NCBI RefSeq assembly: GCF_036588685.1
Contig: NC_086379.1
Location: 47,678,001 to 47,742,000 of the forward strand
Origin: Mytilus trossulus
Taxonomy: Eukaryota
Length of the DNA stretch: 64,000 nucleotides
Reading direction: 5' to 3'
The notes below the pieces were generated by a model, which saw only the letters and a program-made list of their open reading frames with translations, made no database searches and was not told the DNA's origin. A program made the position numbers and the translations under genes. Positions 1-10,240 of this stretch are shown here, piece after piece; position 1 is the first letter of the stretch, and the number at the start of each line of letters is the position of its first letter.

Positions 1-286
1 GATTAAGGACGCTAGAAATACAAAACAATGTGATAAACATGTCGGCGAATGTTCTCAGAGAGAACTGTTACCAAAAGCACATATTATTCAATGACTTCGA
101 CAGGTTCTCCAAGAAAGAAATGTGTTCGACGTTGAAAGATTTAAAATGTTGACTTTAATGATATCTTGTTATTTAAATTACTCTGATTTCATGCTCGTTT
201 TATTGACTTTTGAAAGTGTTGGTTGTACATGAATGCTCCTTACACATCTATAATACTAAAATTACGAGGTCCAATTTGTCAGCCGT

Positions 287-771
287 CATCACGTAAAAAC
301 GGCGAATCAAAGAATTCAACTGTATATATAACTAATATAGTACAAAGGTGTAGATAAAAAATTACACCACTCCAGGCCCTTTTGTTTTCCACGTAATTAA
401 TATTGCCAATAATTAAGAAGTTCCGGGTCGAGTCCGATACCGATACCAATAGTATATTCATCTGTTACCTATTACCTTATCTGTACGTTCTGCATTTGAC
501 AGGCGCACCACCAAACGGTGTATTCAGGATATGCTATATACACGGGTCATAATCACAGGGTTGACACTACTAAATTGTCAAATTGTTACCTATCGTAGTA
601 TTTTAATCAGTAAGACTTTATAAGATTAGCGGGCATGACGTAAAACAGCGAATCAAAGAATTCAACTTTATTTATAACTAATATAGGACAATGCTGTTGA
701 TTAAAAAAATACTCCACCCCAGGACCTTTTGTTTTCCAAATAATTAATATTACCAATAATTGATAAGTTCC
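287..771 (+). repeat. Internal ~138-bp diverged direct repeat in the Helitron (287-424 and 634-771)
   Basis: catcacgtaaaaacggcgaatcaaagaattcaac...aagttcc recurs as catgacgtaaaacagcgaatcaaagaattcaac...aagttcc 347 bp later. Confidence 0.85.
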
Positions 772-1031
772 AGTTAGACGGGTTCAAACAGAAAGATTTG
801 AAAGCAGAGAAAACTGTGATAACTATCTTATAATCGGCACGACTTTATCAGATGACAATACTAATACAAAAATAAGTCTTGCGCATAGGTATATGCGCAT
901 GTGTGAAATAAAATGTCGACTATTTTTTCGCTCCTCAAATTTTGAATTTGAAAATGGATTATGATGTGTTTATATGTGGTTTTGACAAAAACATTTAATT
1001 CATTCTGGTGGAAAATAAATAGACAGTCTTT

Positions 1032-2324
1032 ATGAATCCAAAGAAAAGTGATAAACCAAAAAGGAAAAGGAATAAATCAAACGGACAGAACACAAGTGGT
1101 GAGAAACCAAATAAAAGGAAATCGAATAGTACTCACACTGATAGTAATAGTGTAACCAAAAGTGTAAACAAAAGTAAGAATCTTAAATCTACTGACAATC
1201 CAATTAAACCTGTGTCAAACATGTCGATACAAAGTACTCCTGTTCACGAATCTCCAATGGTCGAACATAATAGAAATTATCAGCAATTCCATAACATTCA
1301 GAATCCAAACTTCTTGCAAACCTCGCCAACACCATCAACCCTAGGATTTTTTCCTGGTACCCCTCAAAATACTTACATGCAGCCAATGATGCACTCGAAT
1401 ATGAACCCAGCTTTCATAGATAACGGAGGGAAAATTGATCTTTTAACCCAAAAAGTAGACATGATATGTGAGAAAATATCAAACATTGACAAACTTACCG
1501 AAAAACTTAACAAATTTGATAAAACGGTAAACAGTATGGTTAAAGGTATCGAGAGTATCAATAAACGAGTCGACGAGGTTGAAAAAGGTTTGAACTTTAT
1601 CAATGCAGAATTCGAAAATAACAAAAAGGATGTCCGAGAAGTAAAAAAAAACCTGACAGAGATCCGCTCTGAAAACGAAGAAGCAACCAAAACTATTGAT
1701 AAACTACGAACAGATTTCGAAGATCTCAACGAAAGACAACTAGATCTCCAAACTAGGTCGATGAGGGAGAATTTGATTTTTACGGGTATCCCAATGTATG
1801 ACGAGTCTGAACAGTCGGAGGAAACAGAGAAAATTATCGAAAATTTTATGACAGTGGAATTAAAAATGGAATCATTACCGAAATTTCATCGAGCTCATCG
1901 TTTCGGTAAAAAATTCACCGGAAAAAATCCTGACGGTTCTATTAAATTTGTTACTAAACCTATAGTATGTAGATTTGTAAATTTCAAGCAACGAGAACTC
2001 GTACGGAAAGCAGCTAGAGAATTAAAAGACACAAAATACGGCATAAACGAACAGTTTCCGAAGGAGATAAACGACCGTAGGAAGGCACTGTGGCCCCACT
2101 TTCAAGAGGCACGTCGTCAAAGGAAAAAAGCTTTCTTCAAGAGGGACCACTTATTTATTGAAGGGAACGAATTTACACCAAAAGACACCACTAAAGAAAT
2201 GGACACTAACGATAGACAGACACGTTCACGCCACCAATACAACGAACAAGGAGCTCGACCGAGAGAATTCAACCAGTCGAAATTTTCACAACCCCGTAGA
2301 GGACCCCGAAAAGGACAGAACTAG
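1032..2324 (+). CDS. LINE ORF1p, 430 aa (basic N-terminus, coiled coil, L1-type RRM and CTD)
   Basis: Intact ORF; K/R-rich N-terminus; heptad region IDKLTEKLNKFDKTV...LQTRS; motifs SMRENLIFTGIP, FHRAHRFG, PIVCRF and INEQFPKEINDRRKAL typical of L1/Transposase_22-like ORF1. Confidence 0.9.
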   Translation: MNPKKSDKPKRKRNKSNGQNTSGEKPNKRKSNSTHTDSNSVTKSVNKSKNLKSTDNPIKPVSNMSIQSTPVHESPMVEHNRNYQQFHNIQNPNFLQTSPTPSTLGFFPGTPQNTYMQPMMHSNMNPAFIDNGGKIDLLTQKVDMICEKISNIDKLTEKLNKFDKTVNSMVKGIESINKRVDEVEKGLNFINAEFENNKKDVREVKKNLTEIRSENEEATKTIDKLRTDFEDLNERQLDLQTRSMRENLIFTGIPMYDESEQSEETEKIIENFMTVELKMESLPKFHRAHRFGKKFTGKNPDGSIKFVTKPIVCRFVNFKQRELVRKAARELKDTKYGINEQFPKEINDRRKALWPHFQEARRQRKKAFFKRDHLFIEGNEFTPKDTTKEMDTNDRQTRSRHQYNEQGARPREFNQSKFSQPRRGPRKGQN

Positions 2325-5300
2325 GAATACCGTGGAGGATTGAAAAGTACCGTTAGAAATGACCAGTGTAAACAAACTAGCGACCTTCACTCTTGTTCAT
2401 TACCTGTAAATAAAGATACATGTATTGATGTTCACAACAAAACTATTGAAATCCTTTCATTAAATGTATGTGGTATAAAAACAAAACTTTTGTATCCTGA
2501 ATTTAAGTCATTATTAGATAACCATGATATTGTATGTTTAACAGAAACAAAACTAGATGATGTAGACGAAATAGATTGTGATAATTTCATTTTTCATTAT
2601 AAAAACAGAAAGAAGCTAGCAAATCACAAATCTGGTGGTATTGCTTTGGGTTTTAAAAAATACTTAGACAAGTATATTAAATATATTCAGTCAGACTGCC
2701 AATTTGTACTTTGGTTTAGTATAGACAAAAAAGTTTTAGATTTATCAAAAGATGTTATTTTTGGAATTATATATATCCCACCGATAAATACTTCATATAC
2801 ATCAGAAGATGCATTTACTGAAATTGAATTTGAATTACAAAATTTTTGTAGTAAAACAAACTATATTACTATGCTTGGTGATTTTAATAGTCGCACGGGA
2901 AATTTGTCTGATTTTTATAATATTGATAAAGATAGTTCTTTTGAAAATAATTTCACAGATTATAATGAATTAAGTGATGTTGATGTTTTAGATGAACTTG
3001 GTATACCAAGACTGAGAAATAGTATAGATACTGTAGTAAATGGGTATGGAAGAAAATTTATTGATTTTTGTAAAAATAACAGAATGTTTATTCTTAACGG
3101 TAGACTGGAAGAAAACAAAACAGGTAGTCCAACTAGTAGAAATTCTAGCGTTATTGACTATGCTTTGAGTTCTACTCATTTTTTATACTACATTTGTAAA
3201 CTTGAAGTGTTAAATTTTTGTAAACTATTTTCAGATGTACACTCTCCTTTGTCTCTTCAATTGTATACAAATAATGACATACAAGACAAATTGTTAACAG
3301 AACCACTTTGTTGTGGTGACGAAAGAGTAAATAAATGGAAAAATGAAAAATGTAATGAGTATAAGAACAATATAGATAGAAATAAGGTTGATGATATATG
3401 TAATAGATTGTCTGCATATGTAAATGATGTAAATAATGTTACTAAATATGATATGAATAACATTGTTACTGATATTTGTGATACTTTAACCGAATCTGCC
3501 AAGGCAACATTCGGAACTTCGACATTTAATAAAACTATGTTTAAGTGCTCAAAGAACCAGTTTAGTAAAGACTGGTACAATAAAGATTGTAAAAAAGCGC
3601 AACGAGAATTTAGAAAATCTCAGAGGTTATACAAACATTATGGGTCGAACATTTTTAAAGAACGACTTAGACAAAGTGAATTGCATTATAAAAAAGTTAT
3701 GGATGTTAATATCAAGAATCATAATACTGAAATGAGTAAAAAGATGAAGGGATTGAAAACAAAAAATCCCAAAGAATTTTGGAAATTGTTCAATAGAGGT
3801 AGAAAAAGAGAGAAAAGCAATATTTCACTGCAAAATTTATTTGATTTTTTCAAGGACTTAAACAAAAATAAGTTCGAAAATGAGTTTTTGATAGAAAACG
3901 ATGTAAATTCTGATACAGTAAATGAAAATTTGAATTGTCCAATAACCCGGGAGGAAATTTTGAAAGCTGTAAAAAAAGCTAAAAATAATAAATCACCGGG
4001 TGAAGACCAAGTAATTAATGAATATATTGCTTCTTCTCTTGATTGTATGGTTGATATTTATGTATATTTATTTAATATTGTATTTGATACGGGAATTTTG
4101 CCTGAGGCTTGGCTTATTGGAAATGTAATACCTATTTTCAAAAACAAGGGGAGTAAATTAGACGCCAAAAATTATAGACCGATTACACTTTTGTCTTGCC
4201 TTGGGAAAGTTTTCACTTCAATTCTTAACGACAGACTTGGGGATTTTATTGAAAATTATAACATCTTAAACGAAAACCAAGCAGGTTTCCGGCAAGGTTA
4301 TTCCACAACAGATCATGTTTTTTCATTACATGCTTTATTTGAATTATTGCGGGTGAAAAAGAAGAAATTATTTTGTGTATTTGTCGACTTCGAAAAATCT
4401 TTTGATTTTATCCATCGAAACTCATTATTTTTTAAACTGATATTAAACCATGTGAACGGAAAATTTCTAAGAATTATTAAAAATATGTATGATGATGTCA
4501 AATCTAAAATTGTTCATAATTCAGAAGTTTCTGATATTTTTGCTTGTGAAACAGGAGTTAGACAAGGGGAAAACCTTTCTCCTTTGCTTTTCTCCCTGTA
4601 TCTAAATGATTTACAAGAATTTTTTAGAAAACTCTAATATTGAAGGAATACAGTGAGTCTGTAACAAAAGATATTGAAAATGAACTTTTTGTATATTTTA
4701 AATTTTTTCTGTTATTGTATGCTGATGATACAATACTACTTTCTGAATCTAGCCATGATTTACAATGTATGTTGGACAAATTTTCAGAGTATTGCAAACA
4801 ATGGAAATTGAAAATTAATATAAATAAAACGAAAATTATGATATTCTCAAAAGGTAGAATACCTAGAAACTTATTATTTAATATAGATGGAAATGAAATT
4901 GAGATAGTCAGTAGTTATAAATATCTTGGTATTGTATTTTCTAGAAGTGGCTCATTTCTTTCCACCAGAAAATATCTTCGTGACCAGGCGATTAAAGCAA
5001 TGTATGCTGTGATAAAAAAATCCAGATTAAATAACTTGTCGATCGAGTGCCAACTCGATATGTTTGATAAGGCTATTGTTCCTATACTAACTTATGGGTG
5101 TGAGATATGGGGATTCGAAAATTTAGATATTCTTGAGAGAGTTCATTTGCGTTTTTGCAAACATATATTGAGGTTAAAAAATTCGACCCCCAATTTTATG
5201 GTCTATGGGGAATTGGGAAGATGTCCCATTTCTGTTACCGTCAAGTCACGTATGATTAATTTCTGGTGTCGTTTACAAGAAGGAAAAGAGAGCAAACTAT

Positions 5301-5905
5301 CATGTTTATTATATAAGCTGTTATATGTAAATTTTAATAACTATGGTTATGATAGTAAATGGATATTATATATAAAGAAAATTTTTGATGACTGTGGAAT
5401 GTCAAATATATGGCAAAGTCACAACTTATTTGAGAAACGTTGGGTTGTATTGAGTGTTCAGCAAAGATTAAGAGATCAGTTCATTCAAGAATGGTCAACA
5501 GAAATGAACACTTCGCCCAAGGGGCTGTGTTATAGATTGTACAAAAATGTTTTTAAATTTGAACACTATTTATCAGTTTTACCATTTAATTTATTAATAA
5601 CCTTATGTAAATTTAGATGTGGGAATAACCGTTTGCCCATTGAGACGGGAAGGTGGCGCAACATACCAAGATCTGAAAGATTGTGTCACCTTTGTGGCTC
5701 AGCTGACATTGGTGATGAATACCATTATATCATGTCTTGTAATTATTTCAAAGATGAAAGATGCAAATACTTACCTCATTATTGTATTAAAAATATAAAT
5801 GTTATCAAATTCAAACAAGTATGTTCAACCCAAAATATTGTTGAACTTGAGAAACTTTGTAGATTTATTAAATCTATTTCTGTGAAAGTCTATCCTCCTG
5901 GTTAA
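2325..5905 (+). pseudogene. LINE ORF2 (AP endonuclease, reverse transcriptase, C-terminal CCHC-like motif), frameshifted at ~4620-4657
   Basis: EN motifs SLNVCG, CLTET, GDFNSR, IDYAL, SDVHSP; RT motifs NYRPITLLS, QAGFR, FVDFEKSFD, GVRQGENLSP, LLYADDT, YKYLG; C-terminal CHLC-x8-H-x4-C. Split into 2340-4637 and 4640-5905. Confidence 0.92.
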
Positions 5906-6204
5906 TACAACTATATGTTTATTTATCATTTGTGTAAATATTTATCATATTAATTTTGTATTTCACACATGCTATATCTTATATATGTTATATATATTAT
6001 TGTAATATCTTCTCTGTAACTATGTATTTGGTTTATGAGAATAAAGATCATTCATTCATTCATAGTTATATACTTGAATTCAGTCCTAGATCGGACCCGC
6101 GATATCACGGGTGTGTTCTAGTTATTATTAAATATAGTTGTTACTGTCATGTGTTTTATTTCGAAGAAATTGTTAGAACTGACTCGGTATGTATTAGGTA
6201 ATTA

Positions 6205-6380
6205 ATAGTTATTGAATGTAAAACAGTGCAATAGATCAAAATATCTTTCCCTCGGTATGTATATCAGATCATTGTTATATCGCCCGAAGCCAACGGCTGA
6301 GGGCAATAGAACAATGAGCTGATCTTCATACCTCGGGAATATGTTTTGATCTATTGCATAGATACATATTAAATAACTGT
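6205..6380. mobile_element. Fold-back hairpin element 1 (~176-bp imperfect palindrome)
   Basis: tgcaatagatcaaaatat / atgttttgatctattgca arms; cap AGCC-AAC-GGCT at 6288-6298. Confidence 0.8.
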
Positions 6381-6871
6381 ATCATTTTTAACCACGAATA
6401 ATATCTAAATTCTAAATCAAAATGTAACGCAAAATCATAGACACTGGTCGAAGTATAATACCATATGCATGGACAAGTAATACAGGCAAATTTTGCGCAT
6501 CTTAATCTACCGCAAACGAGCATGAACTAGGAAAATTGATTATTGGAAACTTGTCTTAACAATGGGAGGGATGGCAAAAACTGTATTTTATGAAATACTG
6601 CTATGTCTCTTTTTTTTTCTTTAACGTTTAGGTACAAGACTATTTTAATATTGTACTTTTAAATTATTTGCAATCATTGAACATTCTAGTTACATAGCAA
6701 CAATCAAATTATATGGTTTACCACTTAAAATGCTAATTTATCCTTTATATAATATTTTTAAATATAAGTTATCAGTTTTATTTTCTGTTGACATCTTTTT
6801 TTTTCAATGCTGGTGATGATAATGCTTCGATCTTTTATAACATATACATTTTTGAACAATTTACTTTTAAG

Positions 6872-7161
6872 GGCTGACAAGCAATGAATTGGCGATAGAA
6901 CCAAGTGATAAACACCTTGTTAGATTAGGAGGCAAAATTGGAATCAAGTCATTTGAAGAGTTTTTCATTAATTTGGGAATGAATAAAAAAGATTGGGAAA
7001 GTACTGAGTATATGTATGCTGGTCACAGTTCTGATGGCATAATGTCGATGGCACTGAAACAATGGAGAAAGACTAAGTTGTCAAAACTGGAAAAACATAC
7101 CTTGCAAGATCTAACTGATGCCATGAGAGCAGTAAATCTGGGTAGTCATCTTATATGTCAG
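6872..7161 (+). CDS. Death-domain gene, antepenultimate exon (first death domain)
   Basis: Acceptor ttacttttaag|; LTSNELAIEPSDKHLVRLGGKIG...LGMNKKDWE...MALKQWRK...LQDLTDAMRAVNLGSHLICQ fits the death-fold pattern; donor cag|gtacag, phase 0. Confidence 0.8.
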
Positions 7162-7675
7162 GTACAGAACAAGTTTGATAATATCTGTAAAATAGAATTT
7201 CGTTTGAAATAATGCTTGAATATTAAAACATATTGCAATGATTTGAATTTTTTTTTCTATGATTATCATAATGTTTTTATTATAGTTTATCGTAAGTCGA
7301 AAAAATAAAGTCGTCTTCGTTGAGAACCAAAGTGATATGTATTTATTTCTGAAAACAGTTCTTTTCTGAATTTATCTTTATATCACATTCTTCGATTAAT
7401 TTCTGTTATTCCAATACAGTATAGTGCAAAGTGAAATAAAATATCTGCAGATAACTGAAAGTTTGTTGTTAAACTTACATATGTTCAAAAGTCAGGAACT
7501 TTGTCAGTTGGTGCAAATAGTTGTAGCTAGAAACAGCATCTATAGATGCACAAATTTGTATAGAAACAATTTCTGTTTTGTTGAGCATCTTCCTTTTTCA
7601 TTTTTGGAATATTTTGCCTTGTGTGCTGATATATTAAATGTCTTTTCTATATTTTAAACTATTTCGTTGTTTTAG

Positions 7676-7703
7676 GTATTCAGAGAAAACACGACGTTGT
7701 TCG
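7676..7703 (+). CDS. Death-domain gene, 28-bp linker micro-exon (VFRENTTLF)
   Basis: ttgtttttag| ... g|gtaagt; phase 0 in and phase 1 out, which matches both neighbouring exons. Confidence 0.8.
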
Positions 7704-8296
7704 GTAAGTATTACATTTTTGGGAGAAAACATATAATTTGATTAAGACAATAACAATTTTTTTTTTCATATGAGATTAAAGTGCTGATTATAGATTAACA
7801 AGGATAATTCATCAATATTTTCAATATTTAAAATTTGACTACAACCTTGTTTTGTTATTTAATGTTTATGACCCAAAACTTTTTTTTGATATTCTAATAG
7901 TTTAAGATTGTGTATCGTCATTTTCGTTTGTATTATTCTTATAGTTTAACAATTTTACCAAACAAGGATTGGATTGCATGGCGTCATTGAACCAAATGTT
8001 GACGCCTTTGCGACATTTTTTTTTTCAAAATTATTTTGTATTCTTAAACAATGCCTACTAGGACTTAGGTAATAATGTGATTATCCGAATTCATATCGAT
8101 TCATATTTCATTTTTGTTATCATTCAGTAAAGCTTTTTGCTAAAGTTGGATGTCGGCTTGGTTTCTTTTTTTCCCTTGTTTGTGTGTGTATAAATACGCT
8201 TCAAAGTAGAGTCACAATTGAAAATAACACAGTTTATCATAACACTGGAAAATAACTTATTTGTGTAGCTCTTTAAATTTATATTTATTGCACTAG

Positions 8297-8616
8297 AAAT
8301 AGCAGACTTCAATCTCCAAGCCATTCCAAGTGATCACCATTTAAAGGAGTTGTCAAACCAAATAGGAAATTGTCCACTGCAGCTGGGAATAGAACTTGGA
8401 TTAACCTTCACAGAGGTTGAGCAGAGTTTATTTGGTTTTCCGAAAGATTTGCCTGGTTTGGTTGAAGATATTGTGATGAAATGGAAGAGAAAGTCAAAGG
8501 TTAAAACTATCCATAGTTTGATGCTCGCACTTGAACGAGTAAACGCAGGTGGAATCAGATATTTACTTGACTTATCAAAAAAGCTCGCAGATGCTAATCT
8601 TGCTAATATAACATAA
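8297..8616 (+). CDS. Death-domain gene, terminal exon (second death domain)
   Basis: Acceptor tttattgcactag|; EIADFNLQAIPSDHHLKELSNQIG...LGIELGLTFTEVEQ...IVMKWKRK...TIHSLMLALERVN..., stop TAA at 8614-8616. Tandem C-terminal death domains are seen in mollusc ROCO-like immune proteins (inference; upstream exons are outside the window). Confidence 0.82.
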
Positions 8617-9997
8617 ATAACTTTTAAATAGTATTGAACTTTTGTTACTTTATGTCACCTTTGACATTCTGAAGAGTGTTAGTTTTGTAAATTTATTCAA
8701 GTATAATGTAGTATGCTTATTTTGTTGTTATTTTGTCTTGAGCAAGTCATCACAAAAACTGGAATTATTCGCATTTTTTAATAGTAAATTATTACTTATA
8801 TACAATATACATTTTCACTTAAAGTATGTGTAAGAAATAAGCTTTCATCATACCGCTTGTCACAGTGAACATTTTTGTTTATTTCTTGAACATTTGCAAA
8901 TCAGAAGACTAACTTATTTTTATATTAGGTTGATATGTATATCATTTTCCTTATATCTGTTTATAATAACAGACAGTCTGATGGTGTTGGGTAAAATTTG
9001 AAAATAATAGTAAAGTTGTTTAAATAGTTATTTCTGACGTACAATTGTATACAGTCATTTGTTAGTTTGATTTTCAGATCTCAAATTCAATTCAAAGAAT
9101 TGTGTATTGAATGCTTAAGTTGTCCATGTACAACTTAATTGTATTGCCTTAAAATTAACAATGTTTTCTTGGTTTCCTTATATAAGGAATTCAAACGTTT
9201 CTAAACTTTAAACTGATGCATTGCCGATATTTTTTTCATGAATAGATGTTTAAAAGTTTATAAATTAATTAAGTTTCGAATTTTTTTTTAGTGTTTTGCC
9301 TTTGAACGTTAAATGCATTGATATTCTTTCAAATTATTTTACCATTTTATATTTTTTCAACTTTATAACTTTCCATAAAAATGTTATGAATATTTTCAAC
9401 TCCTTTTTTTTGCAGCAATAAAGCGTCCTTTTGCATCAATGATACGTTTGGCCCATTTATAGTTTATAAATATGTACTGATACTTGTAGTTTACGTTTAG
9501 TAGTTGTGAGATTGCAACAATTGTTTATGAAAATAATATTTCTATCAAAATAATATAATACCTTGACATGTTTGTGGGATGAGAACCAACAGTTAAAACT
9601 GCACGCATACAACATCTTCTCGTATCTATAGGATTGAGACAATAATACTGTATATTGTTTATAATAAGCTGTATTTGTTATGCTTTACAACAATAAAAAT
9701 TACATACATATCACTATCAGCTTATGATGGTTTGGTTTTACTGGACAATATTGACTTCTGCCCATGCCAATCAGTTTACAAATAGCAAAGGGAAACAATT
9801 GTAATACTAGTATTATTTTAAATAGAATCAAATCGATAAATTGCAAATCAACTATCCATGCCAGAAGTAATGATAATTTAATAGCTGCATGTCATTTCCA
9901 TATTTTGTTATTGAGTTTAGCAGTTTTTGCATAATCAAAAATATATGTGAAAGGAGATTACAACATTCAAATCATATTTGAAGTGAGGATATTATAA

Positions 9998-10240
9998 AAA
10001 GATGTGGTATGTTTGCCAATATGACATCTCCTTACAAGACACCAAATGACACAGAAATTAACAAGCATAGGTCACCCATCCGCTTTCAACAATTAGCAAA
10101 AAAACACATAGTCAGCTATAAAAGACCCCTAAATGACAAATGTAAAAAAAGCAAATTCAAATGAAAAACAAATAATATATGTAACATAGCAGCAATCGAC
10201 AATCAATGAAACACAGGCTCCTGACTTGGGACAGGTACAT
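9998..10240 (-). repeat. Abundant SINE-like interspersed repeat (other fragments ~13010-13140, 13776-13875, 20430-20495, 28955-29075)
   Basis: The aagatgtggtatg..tgccaat..gaca end and the tgaaggccgtacggtgacc motif recur in the window; contains caggctcctgacttgggacagg, whose reverse complement is shared with the 35273 family. Confidence 0.7.

Larger units (their letters stand above)
895..6063 (+). mobile_element. Near full-length non-LTR retrotransposon (LINE, probably CR1/L2/Crack group)
   Basis: ORF1 plus ORF2 (APE, RT); AATAAA at 6040-6045 followed by (TCAT)4 tail 6048-6063; target-site duplication cataggtatat (884-894) / catagttatat (6061-6071) with 1 mismatch. The clade call is inferred from the tail and ORF2 motifs. 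Confidence 0.93.
247..6121 (+). mobile_element. Non-autonomous Helitron (~700 bp: 247-894 + 6072-6121) interrupted by a LINE
   Basis: 5' end A|TCTATAATACTAAAA at 246/247; 3' end CTAG|T at 6118-6122, preceded by a GC-rich palindrome CCCGCGATATCACGGG (6096-6111). This is the canonical Helitron signature: A/T target, TC...CTRR, subterminal hairpin. Confidence 0.85.

Noticed and set aside
1204-4501. Antisense ORFs overlapping the LINE
   Set aside because: Shadow ORFs of the coding strand with no recognisable motifs.
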